Made by a program: the position numbers and the translations under genes. A stretch of 24,194 nt of DNA from a virus (taxonomy: Duplodnaviria > Caudoviricetes): positions 1 through 24,194 of IMG/VR virus record IMGVR_UViG_3300020220_000326. One strand, given 5' to 3'. The notes under the pieces were generated by a model. That model saw only the letters and a program-made list of their open reading frames with translations. It did no database searches and was not told the origin of the DNA. Below, piece by piece: positions 19,607 through 24,194 of the stretch. Numbering within the stretch: position 1 is the stretch's first letter; each line of letters opens with the position of its first letter.

Positions 19607-20395
19607 ATGGCGGGAAATATTCGTGCGGATTACATTCTTGTTGATGACTCTTTGAATGTCAAATTAGGAAATAACAGTGTTGTTTTGTCTGTTACTGCCA
19701 ATGACACATTTGTTGCTGCCAATACTACGCAGACGCTGACAAATAAAACGCTGACTGCACCTCTGTTCTCTGGCAACGTGGGGATTGGGACAGCGGGAAT
19801 CGTAACTCCTTCTTTTCCGCTTACTGTTGTTACGCCTGCCAGTGGTTTTGCACTAGCACTAAATGGACGGTCAACGGATAATTTGGCGGGTATTCAATTC
19901 TTTGCGTATAACAGCGGAACAATACATGCTAGAATTACAGCTACGGCAAGTGAATACAAAACAGAAGCGGTATCCAATGCTGTTCAGACTTTTCACACTA
20001 ACAGCATCGAACGCATGCGTATCGACTCCTCTGGCAACCTGCAATTTAACTCCGGCTACGGCTCTGTGGCTACCGCCTTTGGCTGCCGTGCGTGGGTGAA
20101 CTTCGATGGCACGGGGACGGTGGCGATCCGTAGTAGTGGCAATGTGAGCAGCATTACGGATAATGGACAGGGCGACTATACCGTCAACTTCACGACGGCG
20201 ATGCCTGATGCGAATTACGTCGCATTTGGCTCGGTTATAGGTTCTAGTAACACAGATTATACAAATGGTTTTATAAACGGTGGACTAAACGCAGCAACCG
20301 GAACCCACACCACAACAGCCTTTAGATTTCTAACAGTGCATATCACTGCTGGTGTGACAGATTACAACCAAGTCCAAGTTGCGGTAATCCGCTAA
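19607..20395 (+). CDS. Short tail fibre / putative receptor-binding protein
   Basis: GAGGA SD; TQTLTNKTLT, GNVGIGT and ERMRIDSSGN shaft motifs; C-terminal RAWVNFDGTGTVAIRSSGNVSSITDNGQGDYTVNF domain. Confidence 0.8.
   Translation: MAGNIRADYILVDDSLNVKLGNNSVVLSVTANDTFVAANTTQTLTNKTLTAPLFSGNVGIGTAGIVTPSFPLTVVTPASGFALALNGRSTDNLAGIQFFAYNSGTIHARITATASEYKTEAVSNAVQTFHTNSIERMRIDSSGNLQFNSGYGSVATAFGCRAWVNFDGTGTVAIRSSGNVSSITDNGQGDYTVNFTTAMPDANYVAFGSVIGSSNTDYTNGFINGGLNAATGTHTTTAFRFLTVHITAGVTDYNQVQVAVIR
19727..19761 (+). repeat. 35-bp direct repeat, copy 1 (ACGCAGACGCTGACAAATAAAACGCTGACTGCACC)
   Basis: Identical to 20800..20834; encodes TQTLTNKTLTAP in frame. Confidence 0.95.
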
Positions 20396-20409
20396 TAAGG
20401 AGAACATTT

Positions 20410-20670
20410 ATGAATCAACGAATTATTTACTCAACAGATGAAGGTGGTGTCGCCGTGATTGTGCCTGCACCGGAATGTGAACTGACGATTGAGCAGATTG
20501 CTCAAAAGGATGTCCCTGCTGGCAAGCCCTATCAGATTTTGGATGTCGCGGACATTCCGTCTGATCGCACCTTTCGGAATGCATGGGAAGCAGAAATTCC
20601 TACACCTGATGGACATGGAATGGGGCATGACGCTTGGTACGCAGCGCAAAATGAAGAAGTAGAGGAGTAA
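20410..20670 (+). CDS. Small acidic fibre-associated protein
   Basis: AAGGAG SD; IIY..GGVAVIVPA..IAQKDVPAGKPY..IPSDRTFRNAW, a family I recall next to AWVNF-type fibres. Confidence 0.8.
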   Translation: MNQRIIYSTDEGGVAVIVPAPECELTIEQIAQKDVPAGKPYQILDVADIPSDRTFRNAWEAEIPTPDGHGMGHDAWYAAQNEEVEE

Positions 20671-20676
20671 GGTTGT

Positions 20677-21846
20677 ATGTCATCTCTTAGTATTGCGGGT
20701 GATACTAGCGGACAGATTACACTAGAAGCTCCCGCTGTAGCGGGGAGTAATACTCTTACTCTGCCCATCATTAGTGATACGATTACAACTGCGAATTCAA
20801 CGCAGACGCTGACAAATAAAACGCTGACTGCACCCGTGTTGTCTGGGACTGCAACAGGCACGTATACACTTGGTGGGACTCCAACGATTAGTTCACCCAC
20901 CATTACTACACCGACCATTAGTGCACCCGTGTTATCAGGGACTGCAACAGGGACCTATACACTCGCTGGGACTCCAACGATTAGTTCACCCACCATTACT
21001 ACACCGACCATTAGTGCACCGGTGTTGTCAGGAACAACAACAGGCACATATACGCTTGGTGGTACACCGACCATTAGTGCACCCGTGTTATCAGGGACTG
21101 CAACAGGCACATATACGCTTGGTGGGACTCCAACGATTAGTTCACCAGTCTTGTCAGGAACAACAACAGGCACATATACGCTTGGTGGGACGCCAAGTCT
21201 TGCAGCAACTGCTCTCACTGGGACTATCGAAGTTGGTCGTTTAGGATCATCGGGTTCAGCAAGTAGTGGTACATTTTTACGAGGAGATAATAGCTGGCAA
21301 GCAGTACCAGATCCATTTACCACCGGTGATGTGAAGATGACAATAAAGACTGTTGCTGATTCTGGTTGGGTTCTAATGAATGATGGTACTATTGGCAACG
21401 CATCGAGTGGTGGAACAACACGTGCAAATGCAGACACATCAGCTTTATTCCAGTTGCTTTGGAACAATACTCTAGACGCAGACTGTACTGTTTCTGGTGG
21501 ACGTGGAGGAAGTGCAGCATCAGACTTTGCAGCAAACAAAACCATTTCGCTTCCTAAAGCCCTTGGACGTGCGTTAGCTTGTTACGGATCTGGTTCTGGA
21601 CTAACTAGTCGCGCAATGGCAAAAATTTTAGGAGCAGAAACACATATATTGAGTACTGCAGAAATGCCTGCACACTCTCACACAATATCACCGGACAATC
21701 TGTGGCGTTCTTCGGGTGGACCTCATAATCCCAGTGGCAGTGGTGGTTCGGTCCCAACCACAGTTACAGCAGGTACGACTGGCGGCAGCGAATCCCACAA
21801 TAACATGCAGCCAACAGTATTTCTTAACATAATGATTAAATTGTAG
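20677..21846 (+). CDS. Short tail fibre with Thr/Pro-rich repeat shaft and tail-collar domain
   Basis: GDTSGQITLEAPAVAG..TLTLP N-terminus, repeats, TFLRGDNSW, collar GDVKM..GWVLMNDGTIG..LPKALGR..GAETHILSTAEMPAHSH..HNNMQPTVFLNIMIKL. Confidence 0.85.
   Translation: MSSLSIAGDTSGQITLEAPAVAGSNTLTLPIISDTITTANSTQTLTNKTLTAPVLSGTATGTYTLGGTPTISSPTITTPTISAPVLSGTATGTYTLAGTPTISSPTITTPTISAPVLSGTTTGTYTLGGTPTISAPVLSGTATGTYTLGGTPTISSPVLSGTTTGTYTLGGTPSLAATALTGTIEVGRLGSSGSASSGTFLRGDNSWQAVPDPFTTGDVKMTIKTVADSGWVLMNDGTIGNASSGGTTRANADTSALFQLLWNNTLDADCTVSGGRGGSAASDFAANKTISLPKALGRALACYGSGSGLTSRAMAKILGAETHILSTAEMPAHSHTISPDNLWRSSGGPHNPSGSGGSVPTTVTAGTTGGSESHNNMQPTVFLNIMIKL
20800..20834 (+). repeat. 35-bp direct repeat, copy 2
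   Basis: Identical to 19727..19761, in the same codon phase. Confidence 0.95.
20829..21197 (+). repeat. Coding tandem repeat, five units (93, 93, 63, 63 bp and a partial unit)
   Basis: Units start at 20829, 20922, 21015, 21078, 21141; encode APVLSGT[AT]TGTYTL[GA]GTPTIS with or without SPTITTPTIS. Confidence 0.95.
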
Positions 21847-21858
21847 TAGGGAGCACGT

Positions 21859-22266
21859 ATGATTTTTCAACATCATCCTGATAAAATGATTTGTGTGGGG
21901 GATTTTATATATTCGCTTGATGAGTTTCTCATCGATGAACCCAATTACACTCTCAGATCTGATTGTATTGGTCGCATTTATGAGCAAAACGTGCGACATT
22001 GCTCCTTCACCAAAGACACATCATATGGAGAACCGTTTCCGTGGGCTGAAGGAGACATGTATCTATCAAAAGTGGATGTGTATCGAGCCGCATATGAATT
22101 GCGTCATCCTGAACCTTCTCCACCTTCTCCTCCTCCTGTTGATTACTCTGATCTTAATACTGCCGAGAAATCTCTAAGGGCTCTTGCCTCATGTGTTGCG
22201 CAAATTGGAAGCTTAACAGAGGATCAAATGAAAATTTTATTTAAACAAAAATGGGATGCTCTCTGA
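21859..22266 (+). CDS. Hypothetical protein, possible fibre chaperone
   Basis: GGGAG SD; follows the collar-domain fibre; Pro-rich linker PEPSPPSPPP then a short helical C-terminus. Confidence 0.7.
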   Translation: MIFQHHPDKMICVGDFIYSLDEFLIDEPNYTLRSDCIGRIYEQNVRHCSFTKDTSYGEPFPWAEGDMYLSKVDVYRAAYELRHPEPSPPSPPPVDYSDLNTAEKSLRALASCVAQIGSLTEDQMKILFKQKWDAL

Positions 22267-22293
22267 AATGGGGGCAAGAATTAAGGAGTCTTT

Positions 22294-22779
22294 ATGTTTA
22301 CACTCATAACAACAATAGTTTCTTTTTTGGCCGGTGGTGTGCCCAAGATTATTGATTATTTTCAGTCTAAAAAAGATCAAAAGCATGAACTTGAAGTGTT
22401 GGCTGCGCAGACGGATCGCGATCTGAAAATGGCGCAAGCAGGATATCTCGCGCAGTATCGCACGGAAGAAATTAAACTTGAAAGCACCAAAGTTGATGCA
22501 GATAAAGAAGAACGACTGGCCCTGTATCAACATGATATCGAGATTGGGCGAGGCGCATCTCGTTGGGTCATTAACATGCGCGCCATGGTTCGTCCCTCGA
22601 TCACGTATGGACTTTTCTTGTTACTCTGTTTTGTTGATGGGTTTGGATTCTGGTATGCGTTTCATACCGGTGTTCCATTTCACGACGCTATGGATCTCGT
22701 CTGGGACAAAGACACACAGACTATCTGGGCATCCGTGGTGTCGTTCTGGTTTGGCACGCAAGCTTTCAAGTCTAAATAG
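22294..22779 (+). CDS. Putative holin (GTA-type 3TM holin-like)
   Basis: AAGGAG SD; hydrophobic N-terminus, charged coil, W..MRAMVRPSITYGLFLLL hydrophobic segment, ..SVVSFWFG.. C-terminus; immediately upstream of the endolysin. Confidence 0.7.
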   Translation: MFTLITTIVSFLAGGVPKIIDYFQSKKDQKHELEVLAAQTDRDLKMAQAGYLAQYRTEEIKLESTKVDADKEERLALYQHDIEIGRGASRWVINMRAMVRPSITYGLFLLLCFVDGFGFWYAFHTGVPFHDAMDLVWDKDTQTIWASVVSFWFGTQAFKSK

Positions 22780-22782
22780 ACA

Positions 22783-23259
22783 ATGAAGATCAGTGATGCG
22801 GGACTGACAATTATTAAAAAGTTTGAGGGATTTCGCAGTAAGCCGTATTTGTGCCCAGCGCGAATCTGGACAGTTGGGTATGGGCATGTGTTGTATCCAG
22901 AGCAATTACGATTAAAGATGGATGAACGGCTCTCGTATCCATTAAAATCAGAAGACAACCGCATATTTACGAAAGAGGAAATTGATGGACTTCTCCTGGG
23001 TGAATTGGGCAAATATGAACGTGGTGTGGAACGGCTCTGTCCTGGACTTCTTACATCAAATCAATTTTCAGCTTTCTGCAGCTTTGCTTTTAATGTTGGG
23101 CTTGGATGCTTTCAGCGCAGCACCATCCGTTCGGCGTTTAATCGAGGGGATGTGGATACCGCTGCGGAGACGTTTCTCAAGTACAACAAAGCAGGTGGCA
23201 AAGAATTACGAGGATTAACCCTTCGTCGTCACGCTGAACGTGCTCTCTTTCTTTCCTAA
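22783..23259 (+). CDS. Endolysin, GH24 phage lysozyme
   Basis: IKKFEGFRSKPYLCPARIWTVGYGH (E-x8-C-x5-T), QFSAFCSFAFNVG, GLTLRRHAERALF; no N-terminal SAR segment. Confidence 0.95.
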   Translation: MKISDAGLTIIKKFEGFRSKPYLCPARIWTVGYGHVLYPEQLRLKMDERLSYPLKSEDNRIFTKEEIDGLLLGELGKYERGVERLCPGLLTSNQFSAFCSFAFNVGLGCFQRSTIRSAFNRGDVDTAAETFLKYNKAGGKELRGLTLRRHAERALFLS

Positions 23260-23299
23260 TTTTTCATTCGATTTCATTCATTTCTCTCACTTAAAGTTT

Positions 23300-23307
23300 T
23301 ATAAATA
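23300..23307 (+). promoter_or_regulatory. T4-type late (gp55 sigma) promoter TATAAATA
   Basis: Perfect consensus in the intergenic gap, about 30 nt upstream of the GTG start at 23339 (AAGGAG SD). Confidence 0.8.
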
Positions 23308-23338
23308 ATCTAAGAACTCTGTTCAAAGGAGTGTTTTT

Positions 23339-23680
23339 GTGGCAGAATATGTTGAAATTACAATCGAACAAAATGCTTCGTTTAACACTACCGTAAATAT
23401 TAACGATAGCAGTGGCGCTCTCTTTAATTTGACCGGTCACACCGGCAAAGCACAAATTCGCAAATCTTATTATTCCTCCACTGCTCATAATTTTGTCGTT
23501 ACTACTTCTTCACCAACAGAAGGTGAACTTACATTGACAATGACTTCAGCTGTGACCGCCAATATTACACCTGGGCGATATGTGTATGATTTAATTATTG
23601 TTAATAATAATACCAATGTTGTCACACGTATTTTTGAAGGCATTGCCGTAGTAAGACCAGGAGTCACACGCAATGAGTAA
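23339..23680 (+). CDS. Conserved virion-associated beta-sandwich protein (GTG start)
   Basis: ITIEQNASF..NLTG.T.KAQIRKSY..PGRYVYDL..RIFEG..VRPGVTR, common in T4-like environmental phages. Confidence 0.8.
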   Translation: MAEYVEITIEQNASFNTTVNINDSSGALFNLTGHTGKAQIRKSYYSSTAHNFVVTTSSPTEGELTLTMTSAVTANITPGRYVYDLIIVNNNTNVVTRIFEGIAVVRPGVTRNE

Positions 23681-23897
23681 TTTTACAGTCAGAATTAAAC
23701 CAAATAAAACCGTAGTGTCGTCCGTTTTTATAGGTCCAAAACCAAACGTCTCACTGAGCGATTTGAAAAATGTAGATGCCTCTAATCCTGATGATGGTGA
23801 AGTATTAGTGTATGATGGTGCGACGCAAGGATATGTTGTTAAACCAGTCGTCGTCAATTCAAATAACATCACCAATGTTCGGGGAGGGGGCTTCTAA
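23673..23897 (+). CDS. Small fibre-related protein
   Basis: LSDLKNVD..DGEVLVYD fibre repeat motif; ends RGGGF; overlaps both neighbours. Confidence 0.75.
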   Translation: MSNFTVRIKPNKTVVSSVFIGPKPNVSLSDLKNVDASNPDDGEVLVYDGATQGYVVKPVVVNSNNITNVRGGGF

Positions 23898-24194
23898 TGG
23901 CTAACACCGTCATACAACTCAAATGGTCTGAGAGTACCAATACGCCGTCATCACTCAATGTGGCGGAACCAGCGTATTCAAACAGTTCTAATAAACTTTT
24001 TATTGGGTTGGCGGATAATTCTGTTATTTCCATTGGCGGTAAATATTATACCGACATTGTTGATGCCGCGACAAATAATAATACCGCGTCAACTCTTGTT
24101 AAAAGAAATGCGTCTGGTAATTTTTCTGCTGGGACGATTACTGCTGCCTTATCAGGAAACGCAACCACAGCGAGTGCGTGGCAAACGGCACGAA
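23897..24194 (+). CDS. Tail fibre with Mtd_N-like N-terminus (3'-partial; absent from the ORF track)
   Basis: TAATG coupling; MANTVIQLKWSESTNTPSSLNVAEPAYSNSSNKLFIG...TLVKRNASGNFSAGTITAALSGNATTASAWQTAR, open to the window end. Confidence 0.8.
   Translation, partial: MANTVIQLKWSESTNTPSSLNVAEPAYSNSSNKLFIGLADNSVISIGGKYYTDIVDAATNNNTASTLVKRNASGNFSAGTITAALSGNATTASAWQTAR

Noticed and set aside
20829-21197. Possible CRISPR array
   Set aside because: Repeats are contiguous, codon-multiple and coding, with no unique spacers or cas genes.
20532-21545. Long antisense and alternate-frame ORFs (20532..20918, 20870..21244, 20955..21545)
   Set aside because: Shadows of the in-frame tandem repeat; no independent motifs.
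17310-22778. CTAAATA variants at about 17311 and 22772 as late promoters
   Set aside because: Both lie inside coding sequence, deviate from the consensus and are expected by chance in AT-rich DNA.
2-23897. Stop-codon recoding, introns or inteins
   Set aside because: TAA, TAG and TGA all end genes at plausible family C-termini, and no core gene appears interrupted.
19727-24194. Diversity-generating retroelement or invertase shufflon
   Set aside because: No reverse transcriptase or recombinase, no adenine-specific TR/VR pair, and the repeats are direct rather than inverted. A DGR beyond the window edge (Mtd_N-like gene) cannot be excluded.

Overview
All-plus-strand, tightly packed late (virion) region of a large T4-like myophage (T4-superfamily of the environmental/cyanophage-like type, standard genetic code). 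Order: baseplate gp53 (5'-truncated), a probable gp27-like hub, gp5 spike with a C-terminal M15 Zn-peptidase instead of the T4 lysozyme domain, PAAR (gp5.4), an unknown 268-aa helical protein, gp25, gp6, gp7-like, gp8, and a 2037-aa VrlC/DUF4815-like structural protein. Next come about ten short tail-fibre/adaptor/chaperone genes, a holin + GH24 endolysin pair, and the start of a new late unit ending in an Mtd_N-like fibre gene (3'-truncated). No RNA genes, CRISPR, integrase, transposase or reverse transcriptase were seen. Most notable: (i) the hub-spike-enzyme-PAAR-unknown block is organised like a T6SS 'evolved VgrG'-PAAR locus; (ii) the mini-fibre array looks like a module-shuffling zone, with a perfect in-frame 35-bp repeat shared by two neighbouring fibre genes, mosaic 93/63-bp tandem repeats, a high-GC patch and an SD-led 8-codon mini-ORF. 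All family assignments come from motif recognition by eye, not database searches.
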